From positions 576,001 to 640,000 of the forward strand of contig CAWKDB010000002.1 in assembly GCA_963848295.1 (NCBI GenBank): a stretch of 64,000 bases of DNA. Direction: 5' to 3'. Made by a program: the position numbers and the translations under genes. Source of the stretch: an uncultured delta proteobacterium. Its GTDB lineage: Bacteria > Myxococcota_A > Polyangia > Haliangiales > Haliangiaceae. Shown piece after piece: positions 34,260 through 44,292 of this stretch; within the stretch, counting starts at the first letter, position 1; every line of letters starts with the position of its first letter. Below the pieces are notes generated by a model, which had not been told where the DNA came from, searched no databases, and saw only the letters and a list, made by a program, of their open reading frames with translations.

Positions 34260-34580
34260 TCACCGCGTGAGCCGGAACAGCATCGCGCGCACGCGATCGA
34301 GCGGCGCCTCGATCGCGGCGAAGTCGTCGGCGGAGATGTAGCCGCGCGCCTTCGCGATGAGCAGCGCCGCGGACAGCTCGCGCGCGCTGCCGAAGGCGCG
34401 GCGGAACATGTCGGGCCGGTCGAGCCCCGCGCGCGCGCTCGCCTCGGCGATGTTGAGAGCCACGCTCTCGGCGGCGCGGCCGATCTCGTCGGCGAGCGAC
34501 TTCCGGCGCGAGCGCAGTTTCGGCTCGACCGGGGCGAGCTGTTCGAGGACGGTGAGCGACTGGGCGAGGACGTCGAGCAT
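34260..34580 (-). CDS. Four helix bundle protein (TIGR02436 / 23S rRNA IVP / Avd-like), copy A
   Basis: [30 protein letters not shown]; 106 aa; GAAAGG RBS. Confidence 0.88.
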   Translation of the reverse strand: MLDVLAQSLTVLEQLAPVEPKLRSRRKSLADEIGRAAESVALNIAEASARAGLDRPDMFRRAFGSARELSAALLIAKARGYISADDFAAIEAPLDRVRAMLFRLTR

Positions 34581-34609
34581 GGCGTGGCCTTTCGTGGATG
34601 AGCGGACGC

Positions 34610-34794
34610 CCGATTCGCCGGGGCCGTCTCGCCCGTCGCGCCGCACTCGCGCCGGCGCCGTGACGAGCGCGGGCACCCAACACCGCACACCCCGTCGATC
34701 CAACTCTGCGGCGGTGCTTCGCATGCGTCGGTAGTCCCGGCGCTCGGCGCGGCGCTGGCGCGAAGCGGCGCAGGGCGACGGCCCCGGCGATCGG
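34610..34794 (-). ncRNA. Conserved rod-like hairpin (candidate structured RNA), copy A
   Basis: CCGAT..ATCGG-bounded 185-nt imperfect hairpin homologous to 35247-35441, with compensatory stem changes. Confidence 0.7.
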
Positions 34795-34817
34795 AAGCCG
34801 CGAGGCGCGAAAGGTGG

Positions 34818-35219
34818 CGGCGTCGGCCTCGGCCTCGGCCTCGGCATCGGCCTCGGCGACGGCTGCGGCTCCGGCTGCGGCGTCGGCTGCGGCTCCGGCT
34901 TCCGCACCGGCTTCGGCTGCGGCGTCGGCTGCGGCTCCGGCTTCCGCACCGGCTGCGGCTGCGGCTTCGGCTGCGGCTCCGGCTTCCGCACCGGCTTCGG
35001 CTGCGGCTTCGGCTGCGGCTCCGGCTTCCGCACCGGCTTCGGCGTCGGCTGCGGCTCCGGCTTCCGCACCGGCTGCGGCTGCGGCTTCGGCTGCGGCTCC
35101 GGCTTCCGCACCGGCTGCGGCTGCGGCTTCGGCTGCGGCTCCGGCTTCCGCACCGGCTGCGGCTGCGGCTTCGGCTTCGGCTCCGGCTTCCGCACCGGCT
35201 TCGGCTTCGGCGTCGGCTT
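34818..35219 (+). repeat. CGGCNN hexamer tandem array with 42-bp higher-order unit
   Basis: CGCACC marker at 34903, 34945, 34987, 35029, 35065, 35107, 35149, 35191. Confidence 0.95.
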
Positions 35220-35246
35220 TAGACCCTCGATCCTCCTTCGCTCTCG

Positions 35247-35441
35247 CCGATGGGCGGAACGTCTCTCTCGCCCTGCGCCGCTTCGCGCTTGTCCCGCGCC
35301 GAGCGCCGAGTGCGCCGGCGCCTGCGATCGATCGCCGCGGAGTTGATCGGCCGGCGATTGCGGTGGTCAGCGCCCGCGCTCGTCACGGGACCCGCGCGAG
35401 TGCGGCGCGACGGGCGAGAGAGAGACGTTCCTACCCATCGG
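35247..35441 (+). ncRNA. Conserved rod-like hairpin (candidate structured RNA), copy B
   Basis: CCGAT..ATCGG-bounded 195-nt hairpin; outer stem GGAACGTCTCTCTC/GAGAGAGACGTTCC. Confidence 0.7.
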
Positions 35442-35463
35442 CCACTCACTTCGGAGGATCTTC

Positions 35464-35787
35464 ATGTCGTTCTACGCCCTCGACTTCGCCCTCGCCGTCC
35501 TGCACCAGCTCGCCCCGATCGAGGCCAAGGTCCGCCGCGCGCGCAAGTCACTCGCCGACGAGATCGTCCGCGCCGGCGAGAGCGTCGCGCTCAACCTCAG
35601 CGAGGGCCGCATGCGTGTCGGGCTCGATCGCCCCGACTTCTATCGCCGCGCCGCCGGCAGCGCGAGCGAGCTCACGACGGCGCTGCTCATCGCCCAGGCG
35701 CGCGGCATCATCTCCGCCGAGGACTTCGCCGCGGTCGACGAGCCGCTCGATCACGTCCGCGCGATCCTCTGGCGCCTCACCCACTAG
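35464..35787 (+). CDS. Four helix bundle protein, copy B
   Basis: LADEIVRAGESVALNLSEG..YRRAAGSASEL; GGAGG RBS; 68 of 106 residues identical to copy A by manual count. Confidence 0.9.
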   Translation: MSFYALDFALAVLHQLAPIEAKVRRARKSLADEIVRAGESVALNLSEGRMRVGLDRPDFYRRAAGSASELTTALLIAQARGIISAEDFAAVDEPLDHVRAILWRLTH

Positions 35788-35942
35788 CGTTCGCGCCGGC
35801 CACACTGACTTGGCACCTGTCGCGCGAAGCAAACGACAGCCCGAAGAGCGGTGCACGGCGTAAGCGGGGTGTCAGCACCAGAAGGCCGCGCTGTCTACAG
35901 GATCGCGACGTATGGGTCAGCGATGTCTTGAGCACTTCCGAA

Positions 35943-36224
35943 GCGGTTGCGGCTTCGGCTTCGGCGGCGGCGACGGCTTCGGCCACGGCTACGGCTTCGG
36001 CGGCGGCGGCGACGGCTTCGGCCACGGCTACGGCCACGGCTTCGGCCTCGGCTTCGGCCACGGCTTCGGCTTCGGCGGCGGCGGCGACGGCTTCGGCCAC
36101 GGCTACGGCTTCGGCCACGGCTTCGGCTACGGCTTCGGCTGCGGCTACGGCTTCGGCTTCGGCTTCGGCTGCGGCTTCGGCTTCGGCGACCGCGACGGCT
36201 TGCGGCTTCGGCGACGGCTTCGGC
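35943..36224 (+). repeat. Second CGGCNN hexamer array
   Basis: CGGCTT/CGGCCA/CGGCTA/CGGCGA units, same orientation as the first array. Confidence 0.93.
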
Positions 36225-36233
36225 AGAGTCGGG

Positions 36234-37808
<1,575 letters not shown>

Positions 37809-37877
37809 CCCAAGCCAAATTCTCGCAGAACCATCGGTGATTCGCACCTATGTTTCGAGGTTTTAAGCGGCATCCGG

Positions 37878-38315
37878 TCAGCACTTCGCGAGCAGGATCA
37901 CGAGCAACAGGATCGCGATGGCGCCCGATACCGCTGGGACTACCCAGACCGGGCGCGCGCGCTCGATCGGCGGTGGCGGCAGCCCGGCGATCGCGTCGTC
38001 ATCGCCGACAAACAGCCGGACTCGTGGCCCGCCGGGTCCGAACTCGACCTTGACCGGCACGTTGTGCGCGACTGCCGATTCGGTGATCCGTGTGCCCTCG
38101 ACGTACGTGCCGTTGGAGCTGCCGAGATCGACGAGCACCCAGCCCGACTCGAGCGCTCGCAGCTCGGCGTGACGCGAGCTCGCGTCGATGTCGCGGTGGG
38201 GATCGAACGACACTTCGCAGTCCGGATGGCGGCCAAATCGGACGCGCTCCCCCTCGCCGAACTCCTGACGTTGTCCGCGCCGGCTTCCCGCAACGTGGTC
38301 GATGACGACCCGCAC
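37878..38315 (-). CDS. FHA domain protein with C-terminal TM helix
   Basis: FGRHP, SSRHA, DLGSSNGTYV. Confidence 0.9.
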   Translation of the reverse strand: MRVVIDHVAGSRRGQRQEFGEGERVRFGRHPDCEVSFDPHRDIDASSRHAELRALESGWVLVDLGSSNGTYVEGTRITESAVAHNVPVKVEFGPGGPRVRLFVGDDDAIAGLPPPPIERARPVWVVPAVSGAIAILLLVILLAKC

Positions 38316-38324
38316 GCCATGATG

Positions 38325-39450
38325 TTACCTCCCGCCGACCACCCAAGCGATCCCACACGCCACCACGCCGGCCACGACGTACCACCACCAGGTGATTCGG
38401 CTGGCCACGAGCTTGTGAGCCGGACCATCGAAATCAGCGATCGGCAGCGCGGTCGCGGGCACGCGAATGCCGATGCGGGATCGCAGGATCGCGTGCTGGC
38501 CGGTGACCGGGATCGACGGCGGGATCGTCGTCGTCGTCAGTCCGATCCGCGCGGCGAGCCGGCTCGCGACGTGCGAGGTCTCGGTCATCGCCGGATCGCC
38601 CTCTTTTTGCGGGTCGAACTCTTTGAACGTCGGAAGATCGTCATCGCCGTCGGGTGGGCGCAGCCGATCGCCACTGACCTCGGCGACGACCGCGGTGATG
38701 TTGTCGTTGCCACCGGCCGCGCGCGCCGCGGTGACGAGCAGCATGACCGCCTCGGCGACCGTGTGCGGCTCGGACATCAGCAGGTTGATCGCCGGATCGC
38801 CGACCAGGCCGTGCAAGCCGTCGCTGCACAGCAAGATCCGGTCGCCGCGCGCGGAGCTCGAGGATCGACAGCGACGGATCGACGTCCTCGCCGACCCCGA
38901 GCGCCTGCAAGATCGCGTTGCCGGCCCCCGCGGCCTCGAGCGGGCTGTGCCCCGCGGCGACGAGGGCCTGGGCGAGCGACTGATCGCGCGTGACCTGCAC
39001 CAGCACGCCGGACCGCAACACGTACGCCCGGGAGTCGCCGATCGTGGCGATGATCAGCTTGGTGCCGACGACGCCGGCCGCGGACAACGTCGTCCCCATG
39101 CCGCGCAGGCCGGGCTCGCGCCTGCCGACCGCGTGGACGTCGTGGTTCGCGACTCGTGCAGCGCGGCGCAGCAAGCGCGCGAACACCTCGGCGTCGCGCG
39201 TCGCGGGGGTCGCGCGCATCTCGCGCCACACCGACTTTGCCGCGAGCTCGGACGCGACCTCGCCGCCCACGACGCCCCCCATGCCGTCGCACACGACGAG
39301 CAGCGGGCCGCGCACGGCTTCGGAGTGCCACGACCCGAGCATCTCGACGACGCGATCGCCATCGAGGTCACCGACCAGGAGATGATCCTCGTTGTGCTCG
39401 CGGACCTCACCGACATCGGTGGCTCCCGCGACCGCGACCCGCAGCGTCAC
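38325..39450 (-). CDS. PP2C-family Ser/Thr phosphatase; apparent +1 indel near 38850
   Basis: TDVG.VREHNED, CDGMGG, GMGTT, GDSRAY, then LCSDGL and GGNDNIT in the next frame. Confidence 0.9.
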
Positions 39451-40727
39451 CGCAGCTCGATCCGCAACAACTGATCGCCGAGCCGGATGTGATCGCCGTG
39501 CTTGAGCGCGGTTGGCACTTGAACGCGAACGAACGTGCCGTTCGAGCTCCCGAGGTCGGTCAGCTGACAGGTCTTGCCGTTCCAGTTGAGCGCGGCGTGG
39601 CGGCGCGACATGAATGCGTCGTCGCGATAGACGATGTCGCCGTCTTCGCGGCCGAGGACGATCTCCTCGCCGAACAGGTGCCGGACGTCGCGGTGACCGC
39701 CGGACGGGATGATCTGCAGCACGCGGCCCCACGGCTCGCGCGGGGGCGATCCGAACAGCGCGACGCCATGGCGGATCAGCGGATGCACGGTGCGCTCCTC
39801 GGCGGAGACCCGCTCGAACCGCAACACCTCGCGGCCGACGAGGAACGTCGCGCCATCGACGAGCTCGACCGGGACATCGGCCTTGCGGAACACGCCGTTC
39901 AACGTGTCGAGCGGATGCACGCGCACGACGCCGTCGGCTCGCTCGATCCGCGCGTGCTGGCGCGCGAGGAACCGATCGTCGTCGAACGCGATGTCGGCGC
40001 CGTTGCGGCCGAGCACGGTGTCGTCGGAGACGAGCGCGAAGCGTTGGCCGTCACTGCCGTCGCGGTTGACGAGCACGGCGCTGCCCCACTGTCCGACGGC
40101 CGGACCGGGCGCGATCGCCGGCCCCGACGTGCGCACGGCCGCGGCGGCGCGCGGCTGATCCGGCTGCGCGAGCGTGCCGGCATGAGGATCGATGCCGCCG
40201 GAAACCGCGACGAGCTGCGCCGGCGGCGGCGATGCCGATGGCGTGCGCGGTCGCGCGGCGGTGCCACCCGGATCGGTCGGAGCGATCCCCTGCATGTGCA
40301 GGCCGCACTGCTGGCAATACGCGAACCCGACCGGCGTCGACGTGCCGCAGCGCGGGCACGTGATCATCGCGTTGCTCGACGGCCGCGGCGTTGCGACGAC
40401 GACCGGCGGCGGTCCGATCGCGGGCGCCGACATCGGTGGTGGTGGCATCAACGGCGCACCGCCCTGGATCATCGGCGAGCTGCCCAGCGGCGCGCCCATC
40501 ATCGGAGCGCCGCCGGCCATGGCAGGTGATCCGGGCGTCGTCTGGCCCAGGCTCGTGCCACACGATCGGCAGAACTTCATGCCGAGCGGGTTCTCGCCGC
40601 GACACACCGAGCAGATCACGGGCAACCCCGAGGCTGCGACGGGAGTCTGCGCCAGAGCACTGCCGCAGTTGAGGCAGAACGACGACCCAGGTGGGCTTTC
40701 GTGGCCACAGACAGAACAGCGCATCAA
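39447..40727 (-). CDS. Zinc-ribbon plus tandem FHA domain protein
   Basis: Three CxxC..CxxC ribbons; LGR..ARQHA..NGVF and LGR..SRRHA..SSNGTFV. Confidence 0.9.
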   Translation of the reverse strand: MMRCSVCGHESPPGSSFCLNCGSALAQTPVAASGLPVICSVCRGENPLGMKFCRSCGTSLGQTTPGSPAMAGGAPMMGAPLGSSPMIQGGAPLMPPPPMSAPAIGPPPVVVATPRPSSNAMITCPRCGTSTPVGFAYCQQCGLHMQGIAPTDPGGTAARPRTPSASPPPAQLVAVSGGIDPHAGTLAQPDQPRAAAAVRTSGPAIAPGPAVGQWGSAVLVNRDGSDGQRFALVSDDTVLGRNGADIAFDDDRFLARQHARIERADGVVRVHPLDTLNGVFRKADVPVELVDGATFLVGREVLRFERVSAEERTVHPLIRHGVALFGSPPREPWGRVLQIIPSGGHRDVRHLFGEEIVLGREDGDIVYRDDAFMSRRHAALNWNGKTCQLTDLGSSNGTFVRVQVPTALKHGDHIRLGDQLLRIELR

Positions 40728-40850
40728 ACCCCTCTGTCCGTGAGTCTCGCAGCAAGGCCGACGATCGGGAATGGCGCTGGGCCGGTTCTTGGTGCCCGGG
40801 TTTGCAACGCCCGGAGCGACTTGCTAAGACGGCTCCGGCCCGTGGCGCGC

Positions 40851-41900
40851 ATGTTCTCGACGCTGTTGATCGCGATCGCGCTGGCGGCAGGCTCGGGGTG
40901 CGTCGACACCGCGATTCGCACCGCCCCGTTCCGCGTCCGGCCCGACGCCGCCGAGCCGGGCTCGCTGCGCGGTCCGTTTACCGGCCGGGTCGTCGACGGC
41001 ACGACGCACGCGCCGATCGCCGGCGCGCTGGTCTATGCCGCCTGGGCGCTCGAGCGCGGCAGCGCGCTGGTCGAGCCGGCCGGTGCGCGCGAATTCGTCG
41101 GGTCCACCGACGCCGGCGGCAACTACAAGGTGCCGGTGATCGCGGCCCTGCCCGCCGGCGCCCGGATCGCCGACTTCACCATCCTCATCTACAAGCGCGG
41201 GTTCGTGGCCTATCGTAGCGATCGCCGGTTCACCGACCTCGGGCCGCGGATGGACTTCGCCCAGACCGATAACCAAGTCCTGCTCGAGCGCTGGCGCAAC
41301 GAGCTGTCGCACGCGCGTCACCTGCGGTTTGTCGGCGGCGGCACGGCGGTCGCCGCGCTGACCAGCTGGGAGCTGTCCGACGCGAGCGCGGAGCTCGAGG
41401 GCAAGCGCGCGAGCATCGACGACGTCCGCCCCGGTCGTGGCGAAGGACCGTTCATCGTCGCGGCGCAGCTGTTGACCGAAGCGGACATCAAGAAGCGCAC
41501 GAAGTACGACGGCGTGTTCGAGACCGGCCCCTTGTCCGACGAGCCCGACACGGCGACGTACTCGTCGCAGCACTTCAAAGCCCTCGCGCGGCCCGAGACC
41601 TGGGACGTCGCGCTCCGGGTGTGGCGGCTCGATCCGGTCAAGGCGCAGGAGCAATACGACGGCTTGCTCGGATCGCTGCCCGGCGTCGCCGAGAAGGACG
41701 ACATCGCCAGCCGATCGTTCCTGGCGAGCGAGACCGATATTCGCGGCATCGGCTTCGTCGATGTCCCGCACGGCGTGGTCGTGCTCTTGACGTGCGGCAC
41801 GAGCCAGTGCGTCACCGCCGACGACGCGACGTCGCTCGCGAACACGGTGTACGCGCGGCTCAAGCAGATGATGCCGGCGCCCGGGAGCTCGAAGCCGTGA
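40851..41900 (+). CDS. Lipoprotein with carboxypeptidase-regulatory-like domain
   Basis: AGSGC lipobox; GRVVDGTTHAPIAGALV..TDAGGNY. Confidence 0.75.
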   Translation: MFSTLLIAIALAAGSGCVDTAIRTAPFRVRPDAAEPGSLRGPFTGRVVDGTTHAPIAGALVYAAWALERGSALVEPAGAREFVGSTDAGGNYKVPVIAALPAGARIADFTILIYKRGFVAYRSDRRFTDLGPRMDFAQTDNQVLLERWRNELSHARHLRFVGGGTAVAALTSWELSDASAELEGKRASIDDVRPGRGEGPFIVAAQLLTEADIKKRTKYDGVFETGPLSDEPDTATYSSQHFKALARPETWDVALRVWRLDPVKAQEQYDGLLGSLPGVAEKDDIASRSFLASETDIRGIGFVDVPHGVVVLLTCGTSQCVTADDATSLANTVYARLKQMMPAPGSSKP

Positions 41901-43304
41901 GACGCCTCCGGACCACAGCCCGGAACGGAGCCATCGTCTTGTTCGCGTTGGTGTGCGCGCTGCCGCAGCGTGCGTCCGCGTGGGAGGCCGAGACGACCCA
42001 AGCAGGCCTCGCCGAGCAAGCCGCGCTCGGTTCGAAGCTGCATCGCCGGATCGTCGCACTCGGCTTTGGCGGCGGGTTGTTCGAGCAGCTGACGATTCCG
42101 CCCGCCGACGCGCACGCGCTCGTCGACGATCTGCACTTGTTGTCGCCGTCTCAGGGCATCGTGCCAGATGCGCGCGGCCGTCAGACCGCGCTGTCGTGGA
42201 TCGCCGCCGGTGCCGCGCTCGCCGACGTCCGTACGGCCTATGGCGCGAATCACTTCTTCGATCCCGCGACCGGTCAAGGCTGGGAGCGCCCCGACCGGGG
42301 CTTCATCGCGTCGATCGTCGCGGCGTTTCGCGCGCCGTTGCCGGCGCATGGCGTACCCGCACCCGATTGGGTCGTGTCGAACAGCAACCCGATGGGCCTC
42401 GGCGCGTTCCTCGATCACTACGCCAAGGCGGCCTCCGCGCCACTTCCCGGTGAACGTTCGCGCCATCTCGCCGCCGCCTTGCTCGCCGCCGGCGCGATGA
42501 TGCACGTGCTCGGCGATCTCGGCTCGCCCTCGCGCGTGCGCAGCGACGAAGCGGCACATCTCGATCCGCTCGGCGGCGGTCCTCAGGATCTCGGCTCGCG
42601 GTTCGAGCGCATCGCGGCGCTCGCCTACGGCCGGCTCGGGATTCCGGCGCCGACGCGCCCGGTCACGCGCATGCACCTGCGCGACTACTACACGGCGAAG
42701 GACGGCTCGGGTCTGGCCGACGTGATCTCGCGCAGCTACTTCTCGCCGCACACCCTGCCGAGCGATGCGCGCGTCGGCGGCGACGAGGTACCACGGCTCG
42801 CGCGCCCGCTACCGGCGTTGCCCAGGCGCCTCAACTTGATGGCGGCGAGCCGCGACGACGGCGCGAAGCTCCTCAACGCTGCCGGCGTCTGCCTCGCGCG
42901 CTACAAGGTCGCGCACAGCCGGGTCACGTTCTCGCTCGACGACGAGTGCATGCTCGAAGCAGGTCACCGCGATCCTGCCCGAGGTCGTGAGCTACGAGGC
43001 CGGGCTGCTCGACTTCTTGCTGCGTGGCGAGCTCACGGTCGCGAACAACGGCGGTGCGCTGACCGTCACCGGCAGAGACCTCGGCCCGGGCTCGATCCAG
43101 CTCTACCTCGAGGACGAACGCGGGGTGCGCTCGCCGCTCGGTGCGGCGATCCCGGTCACCACGACGGTGGCGCCGCCGGCCGGCACGCCGCTCGCTCGCC
43201 TGCCGCTGCCGTCGACCGGGAATCGCGTCGTCGCGGTGTTTCGCGGCACCGATCCGAACGGCGAGGCGCTCGTCGCGATCGGTTCCATGCCGCTGGTGCG
43301 CTGA
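41897..43304 (+). CDS. Exported protein with degenerate Zn-phospholipase C/P1-like motifs; apparent +1 indel near 42959
   Basis: ASA|WE mature start, NHFFDP, HVLGD; removing one A joins to ORF 42987-43304 (MLEQVTAILPEVVSYEAG). Confidence 0.65.
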
Positions 43305-43309
43305 CCGCG

Positions 43310-44266
43310 ATGGCCAAGCGCCGAGATCGAGACTTCGGCGATCCGATCGATCGCTTGTTCGCCTCGCTCGACGCGGCGCCGCCCGGGTTGCACGACATCG
43401 CGCCGCCGAACCCCGAGCTGCCGGCCGGGTTGCCCGAGACGCTGATCGAGCTCTATGCGCGCTGCGACGGCGCGCGGATCTACGGCGACAGCATCGAGAT
43501 CGCCGCGGCCGCGGACGTGGTCTACGAGGACGGCCGGTGGAGGTTCGCGACCTACGAGGGCGAGGCGATCGCGCTCGACGTGCGCGGCCGCGTGTGGCGC
43601 ACCGATGACTCGATCGACGATGCGGTGTGCGAGGCGACGCGGCTCGATCGCTGGCTGGTCGGAGCGGTCGACTCGCAGGCGATGATGTTCGATCACGACG
43701 GCGAGTTCGCCGAGGACGTGTTCGACGAAGACGGCGAGTTGTTGCTCGCGATGCGCGAGAAGCGGCTGCGCGCCCAGCTCAAGCGCGACCAGGGGGCGCC
43801 CGGGCCGCGCTGGCGACTCGCTCACGTGCTCGTCGAGCAGGGTGCCGCCGAGAACGCGCGCGACATGCTCGAGCAGGTCGTCGCCGACGATCCTGCGATG
43901 GCGTGGGCGTGGCTCGATCTCGCGCGGATCTCCGAGAAGATCGGCGAGATGTCCGCCGCGATCGACGAAGCGCGGATGGCCGCCGATGCCGCCGAGGGCC
44001 TCGGCCACCCGCAGGCCGGCTACTTCTGGGCCCAGCTCGCTCGGCTGGCGGTGCGCGGACGCGACGAGCTCGTGCGCGCCGAGGCCGCGACGAAGGTCTC
44101 GTTGCTCGCGCCGAGCCTCAAGCAAGCGCAGCTCGGCGGTGCACGCGAATCGCTGGCCGCCGGCGATCGCGCCTCCGCCGAGGGCCTGATCGCGCTGCTC
44201 CGCGCGGTGTGGCCGCGCGATCTCGAGGTGCTCGAGCTCGCGCACCAGCTCGACTCGAGCTCGTGA
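43310..44266 (+). CDS. SMI1/KNR4-like N-terminal domain plus TPR-like helices
   Basis: LPETLIELYARCDG; ARDMLEQVVADDPAMAWAWLDLAR. Confidence 0.6.
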   Translation: MAKRRDRDFGDPIDRLFASLDAAPPGLHDIAPPNPELPAGLPETLIELYARCDGARIYGDSIEIAAAADVVYEDGRWRFATYEGEAIALDVRGRVWRTDDSIDDAVCEATRLDRWLVGAVDSQAMMFDHDGEFAEDVFDEDGELLLAMREKRLRAQLKRDQGAPGPRWRLAHVLVEQGAAENARDMLEQVVADDPAMAWAWLDLARISEKIGEMSAAIDEARMAADAAEGLGHPQAGYFWAQLARLAVRGRDELVRAEAATKVSLLAPSLKQAQLGGARESLAAGDRASAEGLIALLRAVWPRDLEVLELAHQLDSSS

Positions 44267-44292
44267 AGACGCGGCTCGAGAAGCTCGGCGCG

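Noticed and set aside
34818..35219. 42-bp periodicity as a CRISPR array
   Set aside because: No unique spacers and no cas genes; it is a pure tandem repeat
34610..35441. Similar peptide ([21 protein letters not shown]) readable through both hairpins
   Set aside because: In frame with the downstream gene only in copy A and lacking a shared start; base-pair covariation explains the conservation better, although coding is not fully excluded
34260..35787. Diversity-generating retroelement, retron or integron cassette
   Set aside because: No reverse transcriptase, TR/VR pair or integrase in the window; hairpins lack attC RYYYAAC/GTTRRRY ends
41621..44266. 881-aa single ORF
   Set aside because: An indel near 42959 links two separate genes (41897-43304 and 43310-44266)
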